This document shows, one piece after another, positions 36,353 through 51,300 of a stretch of DNA of 64,000 nucleotides (positions are counted from its first letter, which is position 1; each line of letters begins with the position of its first letter). This DNA is from Eledone cirrhosa (lineage: Eukaryota). The position numbers were made by a program, and so were the translations under genes. Location: assembly GCA_964016885.1 (NCBI GenBank), contig OZ024757.1, positions 35,092,001 through 35,156,000 of the forward strand. Direction: 5' to 3'. Under the pieces are notes generated by a model that did no database searches, was not told where the DNA came from, and saw nothing but the letters and a program-made list of their open reading frames with translations.

Positions 36353-38690
36353 TTACATCTGTCTGTGAACTCTTGAAAAAGCAACATACAATTGTCCAGG
36401 GTTAAATACTTGCTCAGGGAGGAACAGACCCACTTTATCATGTATTTGACCATGGTTCTTGTTGATTGTCATGGCATATGACAGTCTTAATGGAAACTGG
36501 GGTCTTTCCAAAGTAAAAAGGATGTTGGCACCACTGGGGGCTAACTTCAGTCTTGGGATCAAAACACACCTGCCCATCAAAGGACCATAGATATGAGAAG
36601 CTTTGATAAAATGTTTATGCAGTTCTACTACTTCTAATCTTGTGCCATTACATAATCTGTTCTGGATTGAAATATTCCATAGAAGCATTATTATTGATCC
36701 TGCTTTTAATTGGAGTTTGTGAGGCGGCATCCCAGAAGGTGTAAGCAAGTTCATTTAGCTTGAACCAGGCAGCAAGGGTCCCTGCATTTCTACCACAACC
36801 TGAGCATTGCCTCTTTGAAAGTAAACTCTGTTTGTTCTCCAGGTGTGTGGCTAGGCTGTATACTGTATGTGATGTACCATGAAGCTTAAATTCCGAGAGA
36901 CACGACACTGCTTCTGGCTGAGACACATACCTGCAACAAAGATAGGTTCTTATTTCATCATGGTTGTGTCGGTTCTGAGCCTCATTAGGTAATGCATTAT
37001 TCGTTACTTCTATAGATGTACAATCATGCCCCATGTAACATATTTAAAGAGGTACTTGACACTTTTTACAGAAGCGTAAACTTCAACATTAATATGTGCA
37101 CAATATTTCTTAAGCAAAAAGGCATTAAATGGCACAACATTCCTGTTATCTACTGAATGTCATCCAATTTACACTGCAGTTCCTGTCTTGCACCTCCTGT
37201 ACTCTGGGTATCCATTTAGGTTCAATAATGTTTCCCTTCTGTAGGTGTTTGGATAGTTCTTTTGGAAAAATCCATTTTGTATAAATGGGGGAAAAGGGTT
37301 TCCAGAACCACATGGCCCGTGGATCATAAACTTTTAAACCTGCTCATGTAGTACTTGATCATCTTCCAATGCAGGTATTTCTGCTGACACGATTCTGTCA
37401 ATGTCTTCTCTGTTTCTTATCTTGTCTTCATTTCTTAAGGCTCAGTGTTATCATCTGTTTAGATAATTCATTAAACCATTATACTCATCCACTCACAATT
37501 GGGCTTGATTGTTCCTCAAATATTGAAGCCTGCATCCCTCTACTTTCATATAGGCTTCCACTAAATACTGCTAAAATAATTTACCTGCCCTATATATCGC
37601 ACTAAATCCTCCTCTATATGCTATACTTTATATGTAATACTCCTGCATTGTCAGTCTATTGCAAACACAGGTCCTGCATTCCTCTCCATGTCACTATGCC
37701 ACCAAAATTCACCATTATGGGTCGGTCATGAGGTCCAAGTGGCATGAATTATGTGATATTTTCTGAGGAGGATGGTCTTTAGGAAAGATGATAATATCTC
37801 TTTGTACAGGTGGTCTGCCCTCAATCCCCCACAAAACAACAGCTATCATTACTAGTTGGTAAATTATAGCAGCTCATATCTGATCCTCTTCTAAATCTTA
37901 ATTCACAGTTCTGTACACGACAATTTTCTCTTCTTGCACTTTGCTGTTTGATGCCATGCATTGTATTGTACAATTCAACATATGGATTACATTCATGCAA
38001 CACCTCTCTTATAGCCATTTTTTGTGGTGAGCACTCATTATTTGTTGGTACTAGGGCGGTGGATTGGCAGTATCGGTAGAGCGTCAGACACCATGCTTTG
38101 CAGCATAGGGTTATGGCCCTTTACGTGCTGGGTTCAAATCCCTCCAAGGTTGACTTTGTTTTCATCCTTATGAGGTCGATAGAATAAAGTACCAGTAATT
38201 GCTGGCCTTGTGCCAGAAACAATTATTTGGTCGTACTTCCAATCTGTGCTACACACCTTCGTTCCCATCAATAATATATAACTGGCCATATTGTGGTGTA
38301 TTTTCTGCAGGTTACAGAGGTGGGGGTGTAGTGATATGTTTGACCCTGAATATGAAAGCTATACGGGCCTCTGCCGGGTGGTAACACCAAATGAAGTGAA
38401 ATAAATGTAGTTTTAATTGCAGACGTTTCTGTGAAATCAACTGCTTCCTGGCCTCTTTCAAAGAGATTTCTCAGTCTCTCGGGGTATATTTGCAATGGAG
38501 GCAACACAACCTTTCCTTTATTACAACAGTTACAATTTTCATTTCTAAATTTCAAAGCTCCACAGTGATCACACGAAACATTCATATCACTAATATGAAA
38601 TTCTTCTACATTTCCATTAATATTAATTGTTGGCCAATTTCTCTTACAACGCTCATTATCCATTCTTCTCTGTCTGAATGTTTTCCATTC
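36353..38690 (-). pseudogene. Helitron RepHel pseudogene, copy C: internally deleted, no satellite insertion
   Basis: ORFs 38268..38663 (N-terminal Cys motif), 37821..38018 (LHECNPYVELY..YNLPTSND, contiguous only in this copy), 36648..37034 (post-Rep motifs) and 36353..36754 (Pif1-family helicase C-terminus). Confidence 0.93.
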
Positions 38691-40275
38691 TGTTGTTTAT
38701 TATGTAATTAAATAGCTCTGTACAATACATAGAGCACTCTTCTTTTCTTTACCTTTTCTATGGAAATACAAGAACAAACATATAAATATATATATATATG
38801 TATATACATAAACAAGACTGTTATTGCTCCAACCAGTCTATTTACCTTTGATAACTATCCTAAATATAAATACACCTATACCATACATACATATATCATA
38901 TATGTTTTTGATGCCATGGTATAGCAGAGATAAGCAAGAAGAGAAAACAAAATGAAAAGGAGAAAAAAAAAGAAGTAAGAAGTCGGGAGAGGGACAGACA
39001 CTTCACCCCAGTCTAAGTGGTCCCTCAGCCGCAACCTGTGGAAGAAACGTAAAAGCGTTACCTCGGAGCAAGGCCAGAGACACCTGCTACAATAGTCGCC
39101 CCTCCTCATGAGGCTCCTGTCATCTTTCCTCCCGACTTTATGGAGGAAATCAGCAGTACAGGGACCAAGTATGGCAGAGGTCTCAATGGAGTGGAAGAGG
39201 TGAGTCAGGCCTTGGTAGTATCTTACTATCCTCTGCATTGCGGGGTGTGGAGCCTAGGTTTGTGGCTGTAGCTATATTTGAACTTTTATATGAAATTTCA
39301 GTTTTATATTTTTCACATCATAAAACTTAATCTTAGTCTTTTGCAGCTCATCTTGTTTCATCTCGCAGCACACGATTCGGGAACCACTGCTCTAGAGATA
39401 GAAAAAGTATATTTTATGCAGGGCTTCCCTGAGACATAAAAACTATTTCAAGAGATCGACATGGGTAGAAAGGTTGAGAAATGCTGCACAATGTTCTTTG
39501 GTTTTTGTTCACCTTTAAATAATCATGTATAAAATATCGGGTGTGCAAGATTTCATGAAAAGGTATAACATTATTTATGCTGATCTTGCAGGGACTAGCT
39601 CCAATTGAGAGTTGTACCAATTCCCACTAAACTCGAAACTCCTGGACAATATATACATATCTTTATAAGTTCCTGTGTATTGTGTCGTTGTATAATGAAA
39701 CATAAATATATACCATGCATGTCAGTCAGATTTGAACTCACTATATTTGGCGTTTTATAGATATAATTTGTTTGTTAAAACAATTGATTAAATAATAACT
39801 AAATAAAATTAATTCTACAATGCTGGATAGGGAATGAACTTATAACTTCCTAATAGAAGCCATCTATTCGAGCAGTATTGCCATCTAAGCCACCAGGTTA
39901 CTTACAGAACTTCATTCAAATATAAAATATAAAATATATGCCAGACATAGTGAGTTCGAATCTGACTGATTAGTTGGTCATTGTCCCAGCCAACAGTTTA
40001 AATCGCCAACCAGTAGGTGACATCGACTAGGTTGGGAAAACTTGGTTAAGTAGCTCCAGTTATTGCTACGTTAGACATATTCAAGACTTATCGACACCGA
40101 ATGGAAGAAAGGTAAAGTTGAACTCAGAGTAAAGAACTGGAAAAATACTGCAAAGAATTCTATCTGATGTTCTAACAATTCTACCAAATTACCTTATGTA
40201 TATATATTTATATCTAGAGATAAGAAGAAAACTGAAAGAAAGAAAAGAAAAAAAATGAGACCTTATATGCAACCC

Positions 40276-41167
40276 ATGTTACAACTCAATATATATATAT
40301 ATTTGGGTTGTAACATATTCCCGCCGGTGAAATAAAAATTTTAATAGAAAAACGGCGGGAATATATGTTACAACCCAATCTATATATATTTGGGTTGTAA
40401 CATATATTCCCGCCGTTGAAATAAAAATTTTAATAGAAAAACGGTGGGAATATATGTTACAACCCAATCTATATATGTTTGGGTTGTAACATATATTCCC
40501 GCCGATTTTCTATTAAAATTTTTATTTCAACGGCGGGAATATATGTTACAACCCAAATATATGTAGATTGGGTTGTAACATATATTCCCGCCGTTTTTCT
40601 ATTAAAATTTTTATTTCGACGGCGGGAATATATGTTACAACCCAAATATATATAGATAGGGTTGTAACATATATTCCCGCCGTTTTTCTATTAAAATTTT
40701 TATTTCAACGGCGGGAATATATGTTACAACCCAAATATATATAGTTTGGTTGTAACATATATTCCCGCCGTTTTTCTATTAAAATTTTTATTTCAACGGC
40801 AGGAATATATGTTACAACCCAAATATATATAGATTGGGTTGTAACATATATTCCCGCCGTTTTTCTATTAAAATTTTTATTTCAACGGCGGGAATATATG
40901 TTACAACCCAAATATATGTAGTTTGGGTTGTAACATATATTCCCGCCGTTTTTCTATTAAAATTTTTATTTCAACGGCGGGAATGTATGTTACAACTCAA
41001 ATATATATAGGTAGGGTTGTAACATATATTCCCGCCGTTTTTCTATTAACATTTTTATTTCAACGGCGGGAATATATGTTACAACCCAAATATATATAGA
41101 TTGGGTTGTAACATATATTGCCGCCGTTTTTCTATTAAAATTTTTATTTCAACGGCGGGAATATATA
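40276..41167. repeat. 89-bp palindromic-unit array (2 A + 8 B) at the junction of two 2.7-kb sub-units (~38453-43063)
   Basis: Same unit and junctions as 25211-26100. Confidence 0.95.
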
Positions 41168-41540
41168 CCCTGAGAGACTTAGAAATCTCTTTCAAAGAGA
41201 TTTCTCAGTCTCTCAGGGTATATTTGCAATGGTGGCAACACAACCTTTCCTTTATTACAACAGTTACAATTTTCATTTCTAAATTTCAAAGCTCCACAGT
41301 GATCACACGAAACATTCATATCACTAATATGAAATTCTTCTACATTTCCATTAATATTAATTGTTGGCCAATTTCTCTTACGACGCTCATTATCCATTCT
41401 TCTCAGTCTGAATGTTTTCCATTCTAAGTCTATTTGCATGGAATAATTATATTCTGTTGTTTATTATGTAATTAAATAGCTCTGTACAATACATAGAGCA
41501 TTCTTCTTTTCTTTACCTTTTCTATGGAAATACAAGAACA

Positions 41541-41585
<45 letters not shown>

Positions 41586-43653
41586 ATATACATAAACAAG
41601 ACTGTTATTGCTCCAACCAGTCTATTTACCTTTGATAACTATCCTAAATATAAATACATCTATACCATACATACATATATCATATATGTTTTTGATGCCG
41701 TGGTATAGCAGAGATAAGCAAGAAGAGAAAACAAAATGAAAAGGAGAAAAAAAAAGAAGTAAGAAGTCGGGGGAGGGACAGACACTTCACCCCAGTCTAA
41801 GTGGTCCCTCAGCCGCAACCTGTGGAAGAAACGTAAAAGCGTTACCTCGGAGCAAGGCCAGAGACACCTGCTACAATAGTCGCCCCTCCTCATGAGGCTC
41901 CTGTCGTCTTTCCTCCCAACTTTATGGAGGAAATCAGCAGTACAGGGACCAAGTATGGCAGAGGTCTCAATGGAGTGGAAGAGGTGAGTCAGGCCTTGGT
42001 ACTATCTTACTATCCTCTGCATTGCGGGGTGTGGAGCCTAGGTTTGTGGCTGTAGCTATATTTGAACTTTTATATGAAATTTCAGTTTTATTTTTTTCAC
42101 ATCATAAAACTTAATCTTAGTCTTTTGCAGCTCATCTAGTTTTTTCTCGCCGCACACGATTTGGGAACCACTGCTCTAGAGATAGAAAAAGTATATTTTA
42201 TGTAGGGCTTCCCTGAGACATAAAAACTATTTCAAGAGATCGACATGGGTAGAAAGCTTGAGAAATGCTGCACAATGTTCTTTGGTTTTTGTTCACCTTT
42301 AAATAATCATGTATAAAATATCGGGTGTGCAAGATTTCATGAAAAGGTATAACATTATTTATGCTGATCTTGCAGGGACTAGCTCCAATTGAGAGTTGTA
42401 CCAATTCCCACTAAACTCGAAACTCCTGGACAATATATACATATCTTTATAAGTTCCTGTGTATTGTGTCGTTGTATAATGAAACATAAATATATACCAT
42501 GCATGTCAGTCAGATTTGAACTCACTATATTTGGCGTTTTATAGATATAATTTGTTTGTTAAAACAATTGATTAAATAATAACTAAATAAAATTAATTCT
42601 ACAATGCTGGATAGGGAATGAACTTATAACTTCCTAATAGAAGCCATCTATTCGAGCAGTATTGCCATCTAAGCCACCAGGTTACTTACAGAACTTCATT
42701 CAAATATAAAATATAAAATATATGCCAGACATAGTGAGTTCGAATCTGACTGATTAGTTGGTCATTGTCCCAGCCAACAGTTTAAATCGCCAACCAGTAG
42801 GTGACATCGACTAGGTTGGGAAAACTTGGTTAAGTAGCTCCAGTTATTGCTACGTTAGACATATTCAAGACTTATCGACACCGAATGGAAGAAAGGTAAA
42901 GTTGAACTCAGAGTAAAGAACTGGAAAAATACTGCAAAGAATTCTATCTGATGTTCTAACAATTCTACCAAATTACCTTATGTATATATATTTATATCTA
43001 GAGATAAGAAGAAAACTGAAAGAAAGAAAAGAAAGAAAAATGAGACCTTATATGTAACCCATGACCAGGATTGAAACCGAAACCATAACTACCACCATCT
43101 CTGGTATCACCCACCAGACCACCATGAAAGATACAAAAATCTGCCTTTTTAATATTTATAAGCCTACTTTCAATATTAAAGTAATTAACATGTGGTGTTG
43201 TTCATGCCTTTCTCTATGTTATTGGTAAAAAATAAAGTATTTAAACCTCAAATTTTGTTATTCAAATATGCTTGCTTATGTAATTATAAATGTCGCAGAA
43301 TACACACACATATATAGATGTGAAAATATTCAGGACCCCAACGGCTGTGCTACTGCCGTTTCGACATCTATATATATATATTTTAGTCCTAGGCTCTTTC
43401 AGCGCAGAAAGAATTCTCCAATGATCACAACCAGCTAATGGTGCCCAGTGGAAGCACTTTAGTCTAATTATAACCCCAACGATCACGATTAGCGGCGGCT
43501 TTTTCGAGTCTGAGGTTGACTGCCAGATATATATATATATATATATTTTTATACTTTGCTAGAATCCCGGAGAACAACAGAAAGATGCTGAGTTCAGAGT
43601 TTAAAAAACATGTCCCCCTTTAATATAAAAACAATCCGAGTCTTGTAAAAGTG

Positions 43654-44700
43654 TTATTACTGTAATATAAAGTAGAAACCCTTTATTTAAACAAAGCTGA
43701 GATGCAGCGATCATCAAAGCAAACCCCAAAATGTAAACAAACTTCTCGCAGGTGCTGCCAGATACACGATAACATGTGTATACGAAGTGTAACAGGGAGT
43801 TGGGTCGTATTATATGACTTTCAAATTGACCCCTATTATATTCAAATTATCCCCTGTGGGGCGTGCACCCCACGTTGAGAATCCCTCATAAATAAATATA
43901 TGTGAGTGTGTTGCTATGACTGCTATTTCTAGCAGGTTTACTGCAGTCCTGTAGACGCACAACAAAAACCGGAAGTGGCAGCCATTAAAAAACTTTGGCT
44001 TAAAATCAGGCAAAAGTTTTTTAACAATTTGCCAGAAAGATAACTCTTGTCTTACTTAATCGCAAAAATCGAGGCAAAAATTTTGCGGGTGTGCAGTTTG
44101 TTTGGTGTATTTGACTATACGTAGATATGGGTGTGTGTATAGCTGGTATATATATATATGTATGGGTGAGTGTATAGCTGGTATATATATATATATATAT
44201 AGGTGTGTGTCCTTCTTTCTGCTGTTTTCCGTTTTTCGCTGCTATTTCTAAAGTGTCCATACATGCTAGAAATAGCAGTCAAATACACCAAACAAACTGC
44301 ACACCCGCAAAATTTTTGCCTCGATTTTTGCGATTAAGTAAGACAAGAGTTATCTTTCTTGGCAAATTGTTAAAAAACTTTTGCCTGATTTTAAGCCAAA
44401 GTTTTTTAATGGCTGCCACTTCCGGTTTTTGTTGTGCGTCTACAGGACTGCAGTAAACCTGCTAGAAATAGCAGTCATAGCAACACACTCACATATATTT
44501 ATTTATGAGGGATTCTCAACGTGGGGTGCACGCCCCACAGGGGATAATTTGAATATAATAGGGGTCAATTTGAAAGTCATATAATACGACCAAGCTTCCA
44601 GATACACTTCGTATACACATGTTATTTGAAGTTTGTTTTGATCATCGCTGCATCGCAGCTTTGTTTAAATAAAGGGTTTCTACTTTATATTACAGTAATA
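43654..44700. repeat. Long inverted repeat, variant 1 (arms ~43654-44115 and ~44203-44700), spacer shortened by a deletion
   Basis: Identical 67-aa strings at 43810..44013 (-) and 44381..44584 (+). Confidence 0.9.
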
Positions 44701-44835
44701 AAAGTTCTACTTCCTCTACACATGTTATCGTGTATCCGGCTGCACCTATGGGCTGTTTGTTTATACTTTGGTGTTTATTTTGATCATCGCCTCATCGCAG
44801 GTTTGTTTAATTAAAGGTTGCGAGGGGGATCACTG

Positions 44836-44892
<57 letters not shown>

Positions 44893-45124
44893 ACGAAAAG
44901 ACACACACATATATATACATACACGCAGACATACACCTGTGTGTATGTGTATGTGCGTGTGTGCGTGTCTTTGGCTGCTCTCTCTATCTCTCTCTCTCTC
45001 TTTCTCTCTGTGTATATATATACAGACACACACTGTTGTTTCTTGATTTTTAGCTGCTGTTTCTAAAGTGTCTATTAATATGTGCTAGAAATAGCAGTCA
45101 AGGGAACATTTACGTATATATATG

Positions 45125-45511
45125 TAAGGACAGTGACACCTGCTGCAACAGGCATCCAACCTCGTGGAACTCCATCCTCGGGTAGGCCACAGACACTGCG
45201 ATGTTGCGGAGGAGCTCGGCTGTAATGGGTCCAAGTTGGCCCGGGGTCTCGACGGCGGCTGGTGCTTAGAAGAGGCTCCAGGACAAATACCGGAATTTGT
45301 TTATTTTATGTTCATCTGCGAGACGGGCAGCGATGCTGGGGTTTGTGGATCTACCTCCTTCGAATGGGAAGAGGGTGATTCCCTCGGGGTGCTTGCCATC
45401 TCCGCGGTCTAGGCCTGCTGGCTCCAGTTGAGATGGAAATTCAGCTGCGTCCAGGCTTCTTCTCACTATGTCGTTGAGAGCATTTATGTGGCTCACACAC
45501 GCGGAGGCCAA
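45125..45511 (-). mobile_element. CRE-like RLE fragment 2, second copy
   Basis: ORF 45266..45511 LNDIVRRSLDAAEFPSQLEPAGLDRGDGKHPEGITLFPF, homologous to 15365-15751. Confidence 0.8.
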
Positions 45512-47524
45512 GGCGTTGGGCTACTCCGATGCGAGTTCACTCATCATCAAGAATTTATTTGAATTGAAAGGTCACGAAACTAATATAGGAGTGTCATTTA
45601 AAAATAAGGTAAACAGAAATAGTTACACCGGTAACATAATTACTGTTACACCGGTAGTTCACTAACAAATCATTTCACGTTCGTCTCTAACAGGTAATGT
45701 TTTAATTTGCTCTCCATGTTGGGGAGTAACTGTAGTTTGGCTTGCTAGGGGTCATACATCTTCATACACACACACACATACTATATATATATATACAAAG
45801 GAAAGGAAGATAAACAAATATCAGAGGATTTGACCGGCTTCTTCCTCTTGGCACCTGTAGCCACCATGACGTATAAGTATAAATATATATATATATATAC
45901 ATATCTATCTATCGATATATATATCATCATTTTCATTTTGCGTCTGCTTTTCACTGTTTGCAAGGGTGGGACATATATATATATATCATCATCATTATAG
46001 ATCCACTTTTCCCCGCTTGGCAGCACCTACGAGAAGTTTGTTTTGATCATCGCTGCATCGTAGCTTTGTTTAAATAAAGGGTTTCTACTTTATATTACAG
46101 TAATAATACTTTCAGAATACTCGGATTGTTTTTATATTAAAGGGGAACATAAACATATTTTAGAGGAGGGGTGTGGAACAGAAAAGTTTGGGGACCACTG
46201 ATACACACACACATTTATTTACTATATATATAATATATACATATATATATGTCTGTGTGTGTATACTATATATATATATATGTACAGGGAGGTCGAAGCA
46301 TTTCAGAATTTTTCTAGGCGGGGCGGGGCGGGGGGGGTGGTGGTGCAAATCCCCCTCTCTATATCTACTACACGGCACTCTCTTCCAATACCCCTCTCTA
46401 TATGAAGTAACACCAAACTTCTCCCCCTCTCTATATATTAAGCACTAAGTCAGGAATTTTTTTCTTCTTTCGTGCAGAGAGAGTAAAGTTGATTAAATCT
46501 ACTGCAGTGAATTACTGGTATTTTATTTAATAAAAATTAAAATTTACTATTTGTCTTCGTTTAATTTTCGTTTTTCTTTACATAGTTTCGTTTCGTTAAA
46601 TGTCTCCAGAATTTGTTTTTACTTTTACCGGATATTGAAGGTGTAAACTTGGTGTTGTCTAGAAACGTGTTAGAAATATTTTTCTTTTAATTGTGAAGAA
46701 TTTAACCGCAAAGTAAGTTTTTTTTACTGTTTATTTGTGGCTGGGACAACGTATGGTATGTGTTAATGTAAATGGTGAAGGTTTAAAGATTCTTTTTACA
46801 ACTGAAAATCAGTTTGTTGTTGCTGCTAATTACTTAACGCATGGAATAGATTAAAAAAATACAGGATTGTTTCTCGGAAGAGAGAAAGAAGAAACAAAAC
46901 AAATCACAGAAGCGGGTAGCACACACATTTGGGACCACATACAACACAAAAACAGGTAATCCACACATCTGGGAACACATACAACACACCAGCAGGTAAT
47001 ACATACATCTAGGACCACATAAGCAGGTAATACACACATCTAGGACCACATACAACACACATCTAGGACGACATACAACCAAAGGCAGGCGAAAGGGGTG
47101 GACAAACGAGCTGCTACTAGAGCAAAAGATAACAGTATCGTGAGGTGCACTGGGAAACCTCTCTAATGATTTTTTAGGCAAGCCAGCACGTCTGCAGCGT
47201 TACCTCGGGCGATGGCGAGGCTGAGGAGCTGGAACAACCAAGTGCCCTCACGAGCTTCACCAGTCACCTTCGTCAGGCTAGCCGCCAGTGAAGATAGGAA
47301 TCTCGCAGTCAGTATTCCGACTCCCCCAAACGCCACAGGCTGGAAAATGTAGTTGGCCGACAGATCACAGTATTACTTAACAGTGATAGATATTCTGTCT
47401 AAAGGAGGGGCGTACAACAGGCGGCCCGCGGGCCACAATCGAGCCAACCTGACCAGTCAGAGTGGCCCGCAATGACTGTTGTAGGCTTATTTAGAATTTT
47501 TTCCATACCCGTAATACTTCTGTT

Positions 47525-47796
47525 AGTTGACCTATACTAAAGGACTTCACTGATAGGGTTATATGTGTTATAGTTTCCCAGTTGACCTATACTAAAGGAC
47601 TTCACTGATAGGGTTATATGTGTTATAGTTTCCCAGTTGACCTATACTAAAGGACTTCACTGATAGGGTTATATGTGTTATAGTTTCCCAGTTGACCTAT
47701 ACTAAAGGACTTCACTGATAGGGTTATATGTGTTATAGTTTCCCAGTTGACCTATACTAAAGGGCTTCACTGATAGAGTTATATGTGTTATAGTTT
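47525..47796. repeat. 55-bp minisatellite, 5 units
   Basis: Same unit as 17781. Confidence 0.97.
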
Positions 47797-48368
47797 GAAA
47801 CAAACTACCTGCATCAGTTATTATACTTTTATAACACCGCTATATTACCTACATGAAAGAGGTAAATATTTATTTCTCTTGTCTTCTTAAATGTATAGAA
47901 CATTTTTCTTATATATATTCTTAACATAGCTAGGACCGTTTATTATTTACTAGTCTCTACTCCTAGGACTTTGCTGGTCTCATGTCCCCTCCATCAACAC
48001 ACACTCGGTAGAAAGCTGGTCGTCGGATGTAAAGTGGCCCTGATTACAGGTCTAGTATTGAAGCCTTTCGGCTTGAGCCTTGCTGATGCCGACAGAGTTC
48101 CTGTGGTAGTTTTGGTAGCACAGGTGACATTTTATTGTGTTTAGGTACCGGCTAGTGCGGACACAGAGAGCACAACCAGGTGGTGAGCTGGCAACGACCA
48201 AGTGTAGAGGGCCAGCTTTGAAATTCGAGCGACGGAGTGAACTAGTAAAAGAGGCAGGGTAAGCAGCATTGGTTCTAACGGTGGGACTAGAACGGAGGTT
48301 GGGTGGTGCTGGGGGTGGGCTAACAGCTAACAGTTGTAGGAGTGGTGGGGGTTTGCTAGGATTAATTT

Positions 48369-51300
48369 TTACATCTGTCTGTGAACTCTTGAAAAAGCAA
48401 CATACAATTGTCCAGGGTTAAATACTTGCTCAGGGAGGAACAGACCCACTTTATCATGTATTTGACCATGGTTCTTGTTGATTGTCATGGCATATGACAG
48501 TCTTAATGGAAACTGGGGTCTTTCCAAAGTAAAAGGGATGTTGGCACCACTGGGGGATAACTTCAGTATTGGGGTCAAAACACACCTGCCCATCAAAGGA
48601 CCATAGATATGAGAAGCTTTGATAAAATGTTTATGCAGTTCTACTACTTCTAATCTTGTGCCATTACATAATCTGTTCTGGATTGAAATATTCCATAGAA
48701 GCATTATTATTGATCCTGCTTATAATTGGAGTTTGTGAGGCGGCATCCCAGAAGGTGTAAGCAAGTTCATTTAGCTTGAACCAGGCAGCAAGGGTCCCTG
48801 CATTTCTACCACAACCTGAGCATTGCCTCTTTGAAAGTAAACTCTGTTTGTTCTCCAGGTGTGTGGCTAGGCTGTATACTGTATGTGATGTACCATGAAG
48901 CTTAAATTCGGAGAGACACGACACTGCTTCTGGCTAAGACAGATACCTGCAACAAAGATAGGTTCTTATTTCATCATGGTTGTGTTGGTTCTGAGCCTCA
49001 TTAGGTAATGCATTATTCGTTACTTCTATAGATGTACAATCATGCCCCATGTAACATATTTAAAGAGGTACTTGACACTTTTTACAGAAGCGCAAACTTC
49101 AACATTAATATGTGCACAATATTTCTTAAGCAAAAAGGCATTAAATGGCACAACATTCCTGTTATCTACTGAATGTCATCCAATTTACACTGCAGTTCCT
49201 GTCTTGCACCTCCTGTACTCTGGGTATCCATTTAGGTTCAATAATGTTTCCCTTCTGTAGGTTTTTGGATAGTTCTTTTGGAAAAATCCATTTTGTATAA
49301 ATGGGGGAAAAGGGTTTCCAGAACCACATGGCCTGTGGATCATAAACTTTTAAACCTGCTCATGTAGTACTGGATCATCTTCCAATGCAGGTATTTCTGC
49401 TGACACGATTCTGTTAATGTCTTCTCTGTTTCTTATTTTGTCTTCATTTTTTAAGGCTCAGTGTTATCATCTGTTTAGATAATTCATTAAACCATTATAC
49501 TCATCCACTCACAATTGGGCTTGATTGTTCCTCAAATATTGAAGCCTGCATCCCTCTACTTTCATATAGGCATCCACTAAATACTGCTAAAATAATTTAC
49601 CTGCCCTATATATCGCACTAAATCCTCCTCTATATGCTATACAGTATATGTAATACTCCTGCATTGTCAGTCTATTGCAAACACAGGTCCTGCATTCCTC
49701 TCCATGGCACTATGCCACCAAAATTCACCATTATCGGTCGGTCATGAGGTCCAAGTGGCATGAATTATGTGGTATTTTCTGAGGAGGATGGACTTTAGGA
49801 AAGATGATAATATCTCTTTGTACAGGTGGTGTACCCTCAATCCCCCACAAAACAACAGCTATCATTACTAGTTGGTACATTAGAGCAGCTCATATCTGAT
49901 CCTCTTCTAAATCTTAATTCACAGTTCTGTACACAACAATTTTCTCTTCTTGCACTTTGCTGTTTGAGATGAAACAAGATAGCAATGTCCATAACATTAC
50001 ATGTCAGAATTATTAGCCACAGGGGCAGAGATGTCCATAACATTACATGTCAGAATTATTAGCCACAGGGGCAGAGATGTCCATAACATTACATGACAGA
50101 ATTATTAGCCACAGGGGCAGAGATGTCCATAACATTACATGTCAGAATTATTAGCCACAGGGGCAGAGATGTCCATAACATTACATGACAGAATTATTAG
50201 CCACAGGGGCAGAGATGTCCATAACATTACATGACAGCTTTATTAGCCACAGGGGCAGAGATGTCCATAACATTACATGTCAGAATTATTAGCCACAGGG
50301 GCAGAGATGACCATAACATTACATGACATAATTATTAGCCACAGGGGCAGAGATGACCATAACATTACATGACAGATTTATTAGCCACAGGTGCAGAGAT
50401 GACCATAACATTACATGACAGAATTATTAACCACAGGGGCAGAGATGACCATAGCATTACATGACAATTATTAGCCCCAGGGGCAGATATGTCCATAACA
50501 TTACATGACAGAGTTTCATCTCGCGCGCTCTCTCTCTCGTTTCATCTCGCTCTCTCTCTCTCTCGTTTCATCTCTGTCTTCCTCTCTCTCATTTCATCTC
50601 TGTCTTCCTCTCTCTCGTTCCATCTCTCTCTTCCTCTCTCTCGTTCCATCTCTCTCTTCCTCTCTCTCGTTTCATCACTCTCTCTCGTTTCATCTCTATT
50701 TCTCTCTCTCGTTTCATCTCTATCTCTCTCGTTTCATCTGTCTCTCTCTCTGTCGTTTCATCTCCCTCTATCTCTCTCTCGCTCTCTCATTTCATCTCTC
50801 TCTCCCTCTCGTTTCATCTCGCTCTCTCTCTCCTGTTTCATCTCGCTCTCTCTCCTGTTTCATCTCGCTCTCTCTCTCCTGTTTCATCTCACTCTCTAGT
50901 CTCGTTTCCTCTCTCTCTCATTTCATCTCGCTCTCACTCTCTCTCATTTCATCTCGCTCTCACTCTCTCTCATTTCATCTCGCTCTCTCTCTCTCATTTC
51001 ATCTCGCTCGCACTCTCTCATTTCATCTCGCTCTCTCTCTCTCTCTCGTTTCATCTCGCTCTCTCTCTCTCATTTCATCTCACTCTCTCTCTTTCTCTCG
51101 TTTCATCTCGCTCTCACTCTCTCGTTTCATCTCGCTCTCACTCTCTCATTTCATCTCGCTCTCTCTCTCTCGTTCCATCTTGCTCTCTCTCTCTCTTGTT
51201 TCAACACTCTAATCCCTCACTTGTTTCATCTCTCTCTAATCCCTCACTTGTTTCATCTCTCTCTTGTTTCAATTCTTTCTCTCTCTCTCTCTCTCTTTCT

